Shown piece after piece: positions 1 to 10,144 of a stretch of DNA of 64,000 nt (position 1 is its first letter; every line of letters starts with the position of its first letter). Where the stretch lies: assembly GCA_030649135.1 (NCBI GenBank), contig JAUSGI010000004.1, positions 32,001 to 96,000 on the forward strand. The letters run 5' to 3'. The translations under genes were made by a program, and so were the position numbers. A model generated the notes under the pieces. That model was not told the DNA's origin. It saw only the letters and a list, made by a program, of their open reading frames with translations, and did not search any database. The stretch comes from a bacterium (GTDB lineage Bacteria; Patescibacteriota; Minisyncoccia; Phycocordibacterales; Zambryskibacteraceae).

Positions 1-60
1 TGGTACCAGCACTTATTATCGTTCCGAAAAGTTTTATGCCTCGGCGCTTTTACGTTAGCT

Positions 61-1380
61 ATGAGAAATCAAACGCCCATTGCTCTAAATCGCGGACAAG
101 CCCCTCGACTGGACTCGGGGCAAGCCATGATGATGGCCACCTTATTTTTCTTGGTGGTTTCTGTCACGATGATTTTCGGTTTGGTGGGTCCGGTATTAAG
201 ACAACAAAAAATCTCTTCCAATTTGGTTTTATCGCGCCAAAGTTATTTTCTCGCGGAAGCCGGTCTCGAAGACGTGGTCTATAGATTGAGCACCGGTCAA
301 CCGGTCTCCAGTACCGAGGTCCTGAACCTATCAGGTAGTACGGCCACGATAGTAACCACTGATACTCTGGAGGGCAAGCAGGTGATTGCCACGGCTGATG
401 TTCAGAGCGTAGTGCGCAAAGTGGAGACTAACCTAACCTTGGGGGACGGGGCGGCTTTCTACTATGGTGTTCAGACCGGACAGGGAGGTTTTATTATCGG
501 CAACGCGACGGTAAATGGCAGTGTTTATTCCAATGGCGCTATTACCGGCGCCAACGGGGCAAAAATTACCGGCTCGGCCGTCTCCGCGGAATCTTCCGGG
601 TTAATTGATAACATTGATGTCGGTCAAGACGGAGTGGGTGAAGCTTGGTCGCATACCGTAAAAGATTCAATAATTGCCGGGGCTCTGTATTGCCAAGTCG
701 GACAAAGTAACGACAAATCTTGCGACACGACTCGGCCCGATGCGCCGATGATTGATTTTCCAATTACTGACGCGCAAATGGCGGAGTGGAAAGCAGACGC
801 TCTCCTCGGGGGCACCATCGGTTCCTATAATCCCAGCGTAGATGCCTCTTTGGGACCCAAGAAAATCAGTGGCAACATGACTTTGGATGATGTCAATCTC
901 GATCTCACGATTAACGGAGTCGTTCACGTTACGGGTGATGTTGATTTAAGCAATAACCAAGGGTCGGTGCGTTGCGCCTCTGCTTTTACTTCTAATTCCT
1001 GCATGATTATTGCCGATGGGTCTATTCATATCAAAAATAACATCACTTTTGCCGGGTCCGGTCAGGCGGGGAGCTTCCTTCTCCTCGCTTCTACCTTGGA
1101 CTGTGACGGCACAGAGACACAGAGTCCGACTTCCGGCAAACTGTGCGGACATCACAATAGCGCGATTGATTTGCATAATAACAGCATCGGTTCCATTATC
1201 TACGCATCTCACGGTAAGTTGTATTTGCATCCGGGTGTCAATATCACCGGAGCGACGGCCTACCGGACGGAGCTTGAAAACAATGCGGTGGTAAATTACA
1301 ATCAAGGCCTAATTAACGCTGTTTTCTCCAGCGGTCCAAGTGGCGGTTATGAGATTCAGAATTGGAAAGAAATAGAGTAG
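61..1380 (+). CDS. large Gly/Ser/Thr/Asn-rich repeat protein with N-terminal hydrophobic anchor (beta-helix-like, secreted/surface); true start may be the MMM at ~127
   Basis: 439-aa ORF; hydrophobic stretch MMMATLFFLVVSVTMIFGLVG near the N-terminus; repetitive NGxxxGxNG segments; no recognised catalytic motif. Confidence 0.4.
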   Translation: MRNQTPIALNRGQAPRLDSGQAMMMATLFFLVVSVTMIFGLVGPVLRQQKISSNLVLSRQSYFLAEAGLEDVVYRLSTGQPVSSTEVLNLSGSTATIVTTDTLEGKQVIATADVQSVVRKVETNLTLGDGAAFYYGVQTGQGGFIIGNATVNGSVYSNGAITGANGAKITGSAVSAESSGLIDNIDVGQDGVGEAWSHTVKDSIIAGALYCQVGQSNDKSCDTTRPDAPMIDFPITDAQMAEWKADALLGGTIGSYNPSVDASLGPKKISGNMTLDDVNLDLTINGVVHVTGDVDLSNNQGSVRCASAFTSNSCMIIADGSIHIKNNITFAGSGQAGSFLLLASTLDCDGTETQSPTSGKLCGHHNSAIDLHNNSIGSIIYASHGKLYLHPGVNITGATAYRTELENNAVVNYNQGLINAVFSSGPSGGYEIQNWKEIE

Positions 1381-1392
1381 TATGAGAGTGTC

Positions 1393-2157
1393 ATGGCTAA
1401 GCCTATTCTAGTCGCGAATTGGAAAAATCATCCCGGCTCGCTCTCCGAAGCCGGGGTTCTACTGAAACAGCTTTCGGGAAGTGCGCGTCTCTACCAGAAG
1501 TTGTCTCTCTTTATTGCTCCGCCCTTACCGTACCTGGAGTCTGTGTCTCTTCGTACCGGAAATTTTGCCCACTTGGCCTTGCAAGACTTTCCCGCTTCAT
1601 CGGATGGGACGCACACCGGGATGGTTACGCCGGATATTTTAAAAAGTTTCGGAGTTAAACTTGCTATTATCGGCCATAGTGAACGGCGGGCGCTAGGCGA
1701 GACGAATGACTCGGTTGCCCAGAAAGTCAAAGCCGCTCTACGCTCCGGCATCTTATCTCTGGTCTGTGTTGGTGAGTTGTCTCGAGACCAGGATGGTGAA
1801 CACTTCGAATTCCTGCGTGAACAAATTAAACTCTCGCTTGCCGGTTTGAATCGGAAAACGGATATTTCTAAATTAGCGCTTGCTTACGAACCGGTTTGGG
1901 CCATAGGCAAGCGCGCGGATGATGCAATCACGCCTGCCGACCTGTCGCAGTCCGTCATTTTTATCAAAAAGGTTCTCGTCGATATGTTCGGTCGCACTAT
2001 CGCTGAGCGCATTCCTATTCTTTATGGTGGCGCCGTTGAGCCAGTCGATGCGACTGCTCTTTTTGGCGGAACAGGCATCAAAGGCTTTTTGGTCGGACAT
2101 GCCTCTCTTAACGCCAAAAGTTTCAAGACTATCGCCGAATCACTTATTCGAAAATGA
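1393..2157 (+). CDS. tpiA: triosephosphate isomerase
   Basis: VANWKNH, IGHSERR and YEPVWAIG motifs; 254 aa. Confidence 0.9.
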   Translation: MAKPILVANWKNHPGSLSEAGVLLKQLSGSARLYQKLSLFIAPPLPYLESVSLRTGNFAHLALQDFPASSDGTHTGMVTPDILKSFGVKLAIIGHSERRALGETNDSVAQKVKAALRSGILSLVCVGELSRDQDGEHFEFLREQIKLSLAGLNRKTDISKLALAYEPVWAIGKRADDAITPADLSQSVIFIKKVLVDMFGRTIAERIPILYGGAVEPVDATALFGGTGIKGFLVGHASLNAKSFKTIAESLIRK

Positions 2158-3155
2158 ACCCCAAATCAATTACTGAAGCAGGAGATTTGAAAGGCAAGAG
2201 AGTGCTCGTTAGAGTAGATTGGAATGTGCCGATAGAGGATGGCAAAGTGATTGATGATTTTCGTATCAAAAAATCTTTACCGACCCTCGAATATTTGAAA
2301 AACGCCGGGGCAAAGGTGACAATTATTACTCACTTGGAACCGAAAGGCACTTCGGTTGAATTTCTCAAGATGTATGTACCGGAAGGCATGGAGCTTCTCG
2401 AAAACTTACGAGATAATCTGGGGGAAGAAAGCAATTCGGAGGCATTCGCCAAAGAATTGGCATCTGGAGCCGATATTTATGTGAACGAAGCTTTCTCGGT
2501 AGCGCATCGCAGACATGCTTCGATAGTAGGAGTGCCCTCGCTTCTGCCGAGTTTCATTGGCCTGCAATTCGCTCTCGAAATCAAAGAACTTTCTAAAGCC
2601 TTCTACCCTAAGAAGCCGTTCCTCTTCATTCTTGGAGGCGCCAAATTTGATACCAAACTGCCACTTCTGAAAAAATTTATCCATATTGCCGACTATATTT
2701 TTGTCGGGGGCGCTTTAGCCAATAATTTTTTCAAAGAGCAGGGTATGGATGTTGACGGTTCGCTAGTGAAAGAAGGAAACTTTGGGCTTAAAGAACTTTT
2801 GAAGACCGGTAAAATTATTTTGCCGGAGGACACTATCGTAAAAGACGGCAAAATTCTTGATGCCGGTCCTAAGGCTATGGAGAACTTGAAGCCCATAATT
2901 TCTGCTTCGAAGCTGGTGTTGTGGAACGGTCCTTTGGGAGGTTACGAGCATGGTTACAATGTGGCCACACTTGCTTTGGCCCAAATGATTTCTGAGTTTG
3001 CAAGTGAGTCTATCATAGGAGGAGGGGATACGATTGCGGCCATAAGGGAATTAAATCTTTTTGACAAATTTTCTTTTGTTTCGACAGGCGGCGGCGCGAT
3101 GCTTGATTTCCTGGCCACCGGTACTTTGCCCGGCATTGAGGCTATGAAACAATAG
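2154..3155 (+). CDS. pgk: phosphoglycerate kinase (short form, 333 aa)
   Basis: N-terminal RVDWNVP motif; C-terminal GGGDTIAAI; immediately downstream of tpiA. Confidence 0.85.
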   Translation: MNPKSITEAGDLKGKRVLVRVDWNVPIEDGKVIDDFRIKKSLPTLEYLKNAGAKVTIITHLEPKGTSVEFLKMYVPEGMELLENLRDNLGEESNSEAFAKELASGADIYVNEAFSVAHRRHASIVGVPSLLPSFIGLQFALEIKELSKAFYPKKPFLFILGGAKFDTKLPLLKKFIHIADYIFVGGALANNFFKEQGMDVDGSLVKEGNFGLKELLKTGKIILPEDTIVKDGKILDAGPKAMENLKPIISASKLVLWNGPLGGYEHGYNVATLALAQMISEFASESIIGGGDTIAAIRELNLFDKFSFVSTGGGAMLDFLATGTLPGIEAMKQ

Positions 3156-3513
3156 CTTGACGGATTTTCTCGGAGTTAGCTACAAAATCTTTTGCGTTGC
3201 CTGAAACACTAGGGTCCGGAAAGACCCAAATGTGCGCGTGCTCCACTTCGTCGCCGATTATTTTGGAAAGTATAAAATCTGTGCCAAACGCCTTTTGTTG
3301 AGCTAGGGCAATCTTCTTTACAACTTCGAAATACTCGCCCGCATTAGGCACATCCCAAACCCATCTGTGGTGTTTTTTAGTAACCACTTGAGTGTGTCCG
3401 GGAGACTGCGGGTTAATGTCGAGGAATGCCAGAAAATTTTCGTCCTCGTAGACCTTATGTGAAGGAATTTCGCCACTGACAATTTTACAAAATACGCAGT
3501 TCGTGTCCGCCAT
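3142..3513 (-). CDS. HIT-family (histidine triad) nucleotide hydrolase
   Basis: CVFCKI N-terminus; HxHxH triad (EVEHAHIWVFP); 123 aa. Confidence 0.85.
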   Translation of the reverse strand: MADTNCVFCKIVSGEIPSHKVYEDENFLAFLDINPQSPGHTQVVTKKHHRWVWDVPNAGEYFEVVKKIALAQQKAFGTDFILSKIIGDEVEHAHIWVFPDPSVSGNAKDFVANSEKIRQAIVS

Positions 3514-3518
3514 TTTAT

Positions 3519-4430
3519 TTAGTAAGTATAATCATCTGCCAATCGGCCTAGTTGGTCGAACAATTCTATAGTCTCATACTTTTGGGCCCACATTTCCCAG
3601 CCCTTGCCGAGAAATATTCGCCATGTCCGGCCGAAAAAATTCGAGTCGGTGGAATGATTGGCAATACAAGCACTATAATTGAAATGGCTTTTGATAAAGG
3701 CGACACAAGAACCGGAAAATAATTTACCATCCACGCAGTTGTAGCAAATATCTCCTTCCGCGTTGCGGGTATTGAATTCTGGCGTACGGCAAGGTGATAG
3801 CCTTTCTATAAATTCTCGACACTCGTTTTCAAGCGCGTTGACTCCGGGTTCATTGGCCGGTACGGGGCAATTGCGTGTGAGCGCCGGGGTAAATGTGTAT
3901 TCGGACAAGTCTTCCAAGAAGCCCGAACAAATATTTTCTTTGAAGCTGACAATTTTGTATGGTGACTGCGGTCCGGCCGAGCCGGTAGTGACGACGGCTG
4001 TCTCACCGCTTTGGAGTACTGCGTTCTGTAAGATATTGGAACCGGTTGGTGAGACATAGAGCGCTGCCTGACCGATAACCGCGGTGTCCGCCGGGAAATA
4101 TCGAAGCACACCACCGGAATTGTAGGCGCGCTTATCTTTACCGTTTTTCAGTTGCCAGCCGGTAATGTTGACCGGCTCTCTGTCCCTGTTGTCTATGGTA
4201 ATGTACTCCTCGTATGGTTGATAAGCATAGGACGCGTTGCCGGCGCCAAGAGAAACATTTCGTACTTGGGACGAGCCCAGTGTAGTCGTATTAGCGCCGA
4301 TACTGGTATTACCGGAAGGACTGGATGGATTGGCCGTGAGGTTGGGCGCTCCCTTGGGTGTCACTAATATGATGACAATGAGTACGGCCAAAATCACGAT
4401 GCCTTCCGCGGTGCCGTTGCCGTCTTTCAT
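3519..4430 (-). CDS. prepilin-like secreted protein with lamin-tail (LTD) domain and Cys-rich C-terminus
   Basis: N-terminus MKDG|NGTAEGIVILAVLIVIIL has class-III-signal-like features (Glu at +5, hydrophobic helix); ITIDNRDREPVNITGWQLKNG resembles the LTD motif; 8 Cys in the C-terminal half. Confidence 0.5.
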   Translation of the reverse strand: MKDGNGTAEGIVILAVLIVIILVTPKGAPNLTANPSSPSGNTSIGANTTTLGSSQVRNVSLGAGNASYAYQPYEEYITIDNRDREPVNITGWQLKNGKDKRAYNSGGVLRYFPADTAVIGQAALYVSPTGSNILQNAVLQSGETAVVTTGSAGPQSPYKIVSFKENICSGFLEDLSEYTFTPALTRNCPVPANEPGVNALENECREFIERLSPCRTPEFNTRNAEGDICYNCVDGKLFSGSCVAFIKSHFNYSACIANHSTDSNFFGRTWRIFLGKGWEMWAQKYETIELFDQLGRLADDYTY

Positions 4431-4464
4431 AAGTCTATCTTAATACGCGTGCTAGAATAGTCCA

Positions 4465-6099
4465 ATGCAGCATTTCCCTGAATTATTTGAGACCCTGCTT
4501 AAACAGCGAGGCATCCTACCGGAGGAACAAGAAGATTTTTTGAGTCCTGACTATGAGAAGCTTTATGACCCCTTACTTCTGCCGGATATGCTCAAAGCTC
4601 GTGACAGAGTAATTAAAGCTATTAAGAACAATGAGCATATTGTCATCTTCTCCGACTATGACTGTGACGGCTTGCCGGGCGCGGTGGTATTCTCTGATTT
4701 TTTTGTGAGGATGAATTATGAAAACGTATCATTCTATATTCCACACAGGCATGATGAAGGCTTCGGTCTCAATCTCGGCGCGATAGAAGAAATCGCCGCC
4801 CGTGGCGCCGGACTCATGATTACTATCGATTGCGGTATCGCCAATACGGCGGAAGTGGCGTTCGCCAACGATAAGGGTATTGATGTTATCATCACCGACC
4901 ATCACAAACCGAACCCGACTCTGCCGGCGGCTTATGCTGTCGTCAATCAGAATAGGGAAGATTCAGATTATCCGTTCAAAGGACTCTGCGGCGCAGCCGT
5001 GGCGTTCAAGTTGGTGCAGGCTATAACCGCCCACGAAACTTTCGGCGTGAAGCCGGGTATGGAAAAGTGGTCTCTTGATATGGTGGCCATCGCCACACTC
5101 TCGGATATGGTACCGCTGACGGGTGAGAACAGAATTCTCGCAAGCTTTGGACTTAGTGTCTTGCGCAAATCTCCGCGACCCGGTCTGGCGGCACTTTTCA
5201 AAAGAATGAATCTCGACCAGAGAACTGTTTCGGAGGACGATGTTACATTCATGATTACCCCGCGCATTAATGCCGCCTCGCGCATGGGTATGCCGGAGGA
5301 TGCCTTCAAACTCTTGAAGACCAAAGACCACGAAGAAGCCGAGAGACTGGCTCTTCACCTAGAGAAAATCAACAATGAACGCAAAGGGGTGGTAGCAAGC
5401 GTTGTAAAAGAAGCTAAGTCACATTTAGCAAAACGCGAAGTGATTACCGATGTGATTGTGATCGGTAATCCGGATTGGCGTCCCGCGCTTCTGGGTTTGG
5501 TAGCAAATTCTTTGGTTGAGGAATATGAGAGGCCGGCATTTGTCTGGGGTCGAAGCGGTGACGGAACACTTAAAGGTTCGTGCCGTTCGTACAATGGCCA
5601 TGACCTGTTTGCTCTGATGAGTGTTACTGGTGATGCATTCGTGGAGTTTGGCGGACATGCCGGAGCTGGCGGCTTTTCTGTCACCCTCGAGAGTCTCACT
5701 ACGCTTGAAGAGAGGCTGTCCCAAGCTCTACCCGATTTGGGGGCCGGACTCACAGAGGCAGATGTGCCCGCTCTCCATATAAAATTGGACGATATCGGGG
5801 ACCACCTCTGGAGTCTCGTCTCACGATTTGCGCCGTTCGGCATGGGAAACGAGAAACCTGTTTTTAAAATTCCGCAAGCGGAAATCAAATCGGTAAAAAG
5901 ATTTGGCAAGGAGAATAATCATCTGGAACTTATGTTTAACGGCGGAGTCAAGGCTATTTCTTTTTTCTCCGACCCTGCTTCATACTCCGTCCTCCTTACT
6001 CCCGGCACTCGTATTTCTCTGCTTGCCAATCTAGAAAAATCTTTTTTCCGTAATCGTCCCGAATTGCGCTTGAGGATTGTTGATATCGTAGAATCATGA
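4465..6099 (+). CDS. recJ: single-stranded-DNA-specific exonuclease RecJ
   Basis: DHH-family motifs (DYDCDGL, ITDHH); 544 aa. Confidence 0.9.
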   Translation: MQHFPELFETLLKQRGILPEEQEDFLSPDYEKLYDPLLLPDMLKARDRVIKAIKNNEHIVIFSDYDCDGLPGAVVFSDFFVRMNYENVSFYIPHRHDEGFGLNLGAIEEIAARGAGLMITIDCGIANTAEVAFANDKGIDVIITDHHKPNPTLPAAYAVVNQNREDSDYPFKGLCGAAVAFKLVQAITAHETFGVKPGMEKWSLDMVAIATLSDMVPLTGENRILASFGLSVLRKSPRPGLAALFKRMNLDQRTVSEDDVTFMITPRINAASRMGMPEDAFKLLKTKDHEEAERLALHLEKINNERKGVVASVVKEAKSHLAKREVITDVIVIGNPDWRPALLGLVANSLVEEYERPAFVWGRSGDGTLKGSCRSYNGHDLFALMSVTGDAFVEFGGHAGAGGFSVTLESLTTLEERLSQALPDLGAGLTEADVPALHIKLDDIGDHLWSLVSRFAPFGMGNEKPVFKIPQAEIKSVKRFGKENNHLELMFNGGVKAISFFSDPASYSVLLTPGTRISLLANLEKSFFRNRPELRLRIVDIVES

Positions 6100-6554
6100 C
6101 TATTATTTACACAGATGGGGCGTCGAGGGGAAACCCTGGACCGGGGGGGTGGGGGGCAATAATTTCGAACGACAATTCCGTGGTAGAAATTGGCGGAAGG
6201 GAAGAGCATACGACAAATAACCGCATGGAACTTACGGCGGCAATCAAAGCTCTAGAATCGACACCGGATAAAGAAGTTACCGTTTACGCGGATTCGGAAT
6301 ATGTGACGAAGGGCATGACCGAATGGATCAAGAGATGGCAACAGAAAGGCTGGAGGACGGCAGGTAAGAAGCCGGTACTCAGCCAAGATTTATGGCAGAA
6401 ACTCCTCGAGCTTACGGAGGGAAGACGAGTGGAGTGGAAATATGTGGCAGGACATGCCGGTGTGCCTCTCAATGAGCGCGCGGACGAGATAGCTACCACT
6501 TTTGCCGATAATCTTCTACCCAAACTTTATAATGGACCAAGAGGTAAGTACTAA
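6096..6554 (+). CDS. rnhA: ribonuclease HI
   Basis: TDGASRGNPGPGGWG, TNNRMEL and NERADE motifs; overlaps recJ stop by 4 nt. Confidence 0.9.
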   Translation: MTIIYTDGASRGNPGPGGWGAIISNDNSVVEIGGREEHTTNNRMELTAAIKALESTPDKEVTVYADSEYVTKGMTEWIKRWQQKGWRTAGKKPVLSQDLWQKLLELTEGRRVEWKYVAGHAGVPLNERADEIATTFADNLLPKLYNGPRGKY

Positions 6555-7983
6555 AAGTATTTTCGTATTTATATTTGGTTCTATCTTCGGTATTCTGATT
6601 TCTTCTTTTGTTTTTATTGCTCCGCTGGTGGGCGTTTTGTTTATCATTATCGGTTCGGCCTTACTTAATGTGGAGAAACTTTGGAATAAAATAATAAATA
6701 AAGAAGTTTTATTTCTCTCTCTTGCGTTTCTATCGTTCGGCCTCGGTGTCCTGCGTTATTCGATTAAAGATTTTCACGAGCCGCTCGTTCCAACTTTCCA
6801 AGGCGTTGTTATAAGCGAGCCGGAACAGGGAGAAAATACTACTCGTTTTGTCTTGCGGACAGACAATGGCGAAAAAGTTTTAGTGAGTACGGATTTGTAT
6901 AGTGCTGTGCAGTATGGAGATGATGTTAAGGCCGCAGGTAAGCTGGAAAAGCCGGGTATTATTGATAATGATACCGGCCGGCCGTTTAATTATGCCGAGT
7001 ATCTTTCGAAAGACGATATTTATTACACTCTAAGTTTTGCGAAAGTCGAAATTTTGTCACACGACCACGGCAATCCCGCGAAGAGCATTCTCTTGAAGAT
7101 AAAAAGGAGTTTCGTAGCCAAAACCAAAGAAATTCTGGCCGAGCCATATGCTAGCCTGCTTTCTGGTCTCATTGTTTCAGGCAAGGAAGCGATGCCGAAA
7201 AATATTCTCGAAGAGTTTCGTCGGGCCGGCATCATACATATCGTGGTACTCTCCGGCTATAACATCACTATCATTGCGGAGTTTGTGAGAACGGTGTTTA
7301 GAAGCGCAGGGTTCTCTATCGTAGGAATTATTCTCTTTGTCATTATGACGGGAGCGCAAGCCACGGTTGTGCGCGCGGCACTTATGGTACTTGCGGTGAT
7401 TCTCGCTAAGGTTTTTCATAGAAAGTTTTCGGCTCCCAGAGCGCTTCTCGTTGCGGCCTTCTTAATGCTTCTCCAGAATCCGAAAATTCTTGTCTTTGAC
7501 CCGTCTTTTCAACTTTCGTTTCTTGCGACTCTCGGCTTAATTTATGTTGTGCCTATAGTCGACCGGTATTTAAAATGGATACCGGGGAAGTGGGGTCTGC
7601 GGGTGGCCATTGCCACTACCTTAGCTACCCAAGTGACCGTTCTGCCCTTCCTCATCTATTCTATGGGTAATGTTTCTTTAGTGTCGCTTCCTGCCAATAT
7701 TATGATTTTGCTCATCATACCCGCCACCATGCTTGCGGGCTTTGTCGCAACACTTGTTGCATACGTAAGTTCTGTCTTAGCCTTACCATTTTCTTACATA
7801 GCCCATCTTCTTTTGGCTTGGATTCTCGGTGTTTCTCACTATCTCGGTAGTTTTTCTTTCGCTTCTATTGCTGTTCCACCTGTGCCCTGGTGGTTAGTGG
7901 TTTTGATTTACCTTGCGATAGTTATTTTTATACAGCGTTGGAAACCTAACGGAGTGGCATATGATACTGTAAACAAGATATGA
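6532..7983 (+). CDS. comEC: ComEC/Rec2 competence membrane channel domain, lacking a fused MBL domain
   Basis: polytopic membrane protein; competence-domain-like IIHIVVLSGYNITII; ORF opens at 6502 but the Met at 6532 is the more likely start. Confidence 0.7.
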   Translation: MDQEVSTKSIFVFIFGSIFGILISSFVFIAPLVGVLFIIIGSALLNVEKLWNKIINKEVLFLSLAFLSFGLGVLRYSIKDFHEPLVPTFQGVVISEPEQGENTTRFVLRTDNGEKVLVSTDLYSAVQYGDDVKAAGKLEKPGIIDNDTGRPFNYAEYLSKDDIYYTLSFAKVEILSHDHGNPAKSILLKIKRSFVAKTKEILAEPYASLLSGLIVSGKEAMPKNILEEFRRAGIIHIVVLSGYNITIIAEFVRTVFRSAGFSIVGIILFVIMTGAQATVVRAALMVLAVILAKVFHRKFSAPRALLVAAFLMLLQNPKILVFDPSFQLSFLATLGLIYVVPIVDRYLKWIPGKWGLRVAIATTLATQVTVLPFLIYSMGNVSLVSLPANIMILLIIPATMLAGFVATLVAYVSSVLALPFSYIAHLLLAWILGVSHYLGSFSFASIAVPPVPWWLVVLIYLAIVIFIQRWKPNGVAYDTVNKI

Positions 7984-8639
7984 CTTACTATGATACTCGA
8001 GAACAAATCACTAGGGGGCTTCCTCTGGAGGAAATTAAGAAAATTAATATCATCGAAACTAATGAGCCATTGGTTGAAATTATTGAGAATGATAGAATCA
8101 AGCTTTTAAGTGATCATAAATATTTGTCTCCCAATTTACGTAAAAGTGCCAGAGATATTTTATATATAGCAGCTGGCAATTTGCCACCAGACAATAAATT
8201 ACTCATTGTTACGGCGTATCGGTCTATTCAGATGCAAAAAGAATTGTATAACTCTAGATTAAAGCAACTTGCGATGAAACACCCATTCAAAATGGTATTT
8301 GATTACAAAGGATGGAAGAAAACAGTTGGCCTCTATACATCTCCACCAGGGGGATCATCTCACCAGTCTGGGGGGGCTCTGGATTTAACAGTAATCGATG
8401 CGGAAGGCGATAGACTAGATATGGGAACGGAACTAACCGATTTTGGAGTGAAGGTTCATACTGAAAATAATTTGATTACAGATGAGCAGAGAAAAAATAG
8501 GAAGATATTGTATGACGCAATGACGAAAGCTGGCTTTGTAAACTATCCGCTCGAGTGGTGGCACTATTCTTATGGGGACAGAATGTGGGCTGCTTATAGC
8601 AGGAGAGAAGAATGTTTTTACGGACCCATTCCTGACTAG
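7980..8639 (+). CDS. M15-family D-Ala-D-Ala dipeptidase/carboxypeptidase (VanX/VanY-like)
   Basis: SSHQSGGALDLTV (SxHxxGxAxD zinc motif) and EWWHY near the C-terminus. Confidence 0.7.
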   Translation: MTYYDTREQITRGLPLEEIKKINIIETNEPLVEIIENDRIKLLSDHKYLSPNLRKSARDILYIAAGNLPPDNKLLIVTAYRSIQMQKELYNSRLKQLAMKHPFKMVFDYKGWKKTVGLYTSPPGGSSHQSGGALDLTVIDAEGDRLDMGTELTDFGVKVHTENNLITDEQRKNRKILYDAMTKAGFVNYPLEWWHYSYGDRMWAAYSRREECFYGPIPD

Positions 8640-8734
8640 CAGTTTTAAAATTCTTCTCCACCCCAGTAGTAGAGCAAAGCTCACTACGGGGCAGGCATTC
8701 TGCCAATTGAGATTTCCCCCAAAAGCTTTGATGC

Positions 8735-9508
8735 TCACCCTTCGATGCAAGCAAGTATTCTGCTTATATGCTCTTTAGAAATTCTAGTTTTAAAATATTC
8801 CTTAGTCAGAGTCTTAGGATAATGATCGATGGGCTCCGACGCAATATGTAACTCATGAAGATTTTTGATGAACACTTCTACTACGTGGTCAAAGTTGATC
8901 GTTGTATCCGCAAAATTGCCAATGAGAAAATGTGGTAGAAGATGAAATTTTGGCCTTTTTCTATAATTTAGTAAGGTGGCAGCAACCGAAAAGAAAGTTT
9001 TAGGGTCAATGTGTTCAATGATAATATTTACGCGTTCGGCAGGATAATCCGACTGCCTTTGGAGGTATTCATTAAACCATTTGGATTTCCAGATGTAGTC
9101 TTCCGCTCCAAGTACATGAATAAGCTTCATTAAGCCAATGATTAGGGCGTACTTCCTTTGTTTCCAGAATGGGATACTTAAACACTCGGTATTTATGAAA
9201 GGCTCCATTGCCAGTATGGCTTTACAGTTTTTGCCTAGCTTTGCCTTGTTCACTACCAGAAAGCCAAAGGAAATGCCTCCAACCACGTATTTATCGGAGT
9301 TTAAATCAGCTATTTTCTGGTCAAGGTAATTCGCAAATTTTTCTACAGTTATAGGCCACTTTAATGGGGGAATATCCCTATGAAACCCAGGCAGGTCGAC
9401 GAAATGGACAGTAAAGTAGTCAGAAAGAAATTCAGTTAGCCCATGCAGTAACACGCTGTTTGTTGGAAAAGAGTGTACAAGGAGCAAGTCCGGTTTTGGG
9501 GAATACAT
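8735..9508 (-). CDS. alpha/beta-fold hydrolase
   Basis: HG oxyanion region (VLLHGL) and GISFG nucleophile elbow (GxSxG). Confidence 0.6.
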   Translation of the reverse strand: MYSPKPDLLLVHSFPTNSVLLHGLTEFLSDYFTVHFVDLPGFHRDIPPLKWPITVEKFANYLDQKIADLNSDKYVVGGISFGFLVVNKAKLGKNCKAILAMEPFINTECLSIPFWKQRKYALIIGLMKLIHVLGAEDYIWKSKWFNEYLQRQSDYPAERVNIIIEHIDPKTFFSVAATLLNYRKRPKFHLLPHFLIGNFADTTINFDHVVEVFIKNLHELHIASEPIDHYPKTLTKEYFKTRISKEHISRILACIEG

Positions 9509-9524
9509 TGGGAATTTTCAGTTA

Positions 9525-10121
9525 TTATTTTGCATCTAAAAAATTTTGTTCGACGTTACCCCAGTTCAGGTTCTCGAAGAAGGCTTCAATGTATTTCTTT
9601 TTTTCCGCGGGAGTGTAGTCGATAAAATATGCATGTTCCCACATGTCGAGCACCAGAATCGGTGCAGGGCCAACGAGTTGACCCAGATGATGTTCGTCCA
9701 CCCAAGCGTTTAGAAGTCTTTTAGTATGAGGGTCGTAATAAAGGATGGCCCAGCCGATACCGCGGGTGAGCGCAATGGATTTGAATCTATTTAACCACTT
9801 ATCGAAGTCGCCCCATTCTTCCTCGACTGCTTTTTTGAGAGAACTTTCTACGGTAAGTGCGGTCGAACCATTCTCAAAATGCGCGAAATAGTATTCGTGA
9901 TTCCTCATGCCATCGAATTCGAAAGCGAATCGGCGTTGGATTTCCCCGAGAGCGTAAGCGTTAGCTTCGGCATTTTCCGCATACTCATCTATTTTCGTCA
10001 GGATAGTGTTGGTGTTTTTCACATAACCCGAATAGAGGCCGAGATGTATCTCAATCGCTTTCTCGCTAATGCCATTGAGTTTGGGAATATTAAACTTCTT
10101 TTCTTCAAATAATTTGGTCAT
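9525..10121 (-). CDS. sodA: Fe/Mn superoxide dismutase
   Basis: DMWEHAYFIDY metal-binding motif and HH pattern; 198 aa. Confidence 0.9.
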   Translation of the reverse strand: MTKLFEEKKFNIPKLNGISEKAIEIHLGLYSGYVKNTNTILTKIDEYAENAEANAYALGEIQRRFAFEFDGMRNHEYYFAHFENGSTALTVESSLKKAVEEEWGDFDKWLNRFKSIALTRGIGWAILYYDPHTKRLLNAWVDEHHLGQLVGPAPILVLDMWEHAYFIDYTPAEKKKYIEAFFENLNWGNVEQNFLDAK

Positions 10122-10144
10122 AGTGCCTAGATTATACTATAGGT

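Noticed and set aside
6141-6156. G7-T-G6 tract as a phase-variation switch
   Set aside because: It lies inside the conserved GNPGPGGWG motif of RNase HI, so it is coding-constrained rather than a contingency locus.
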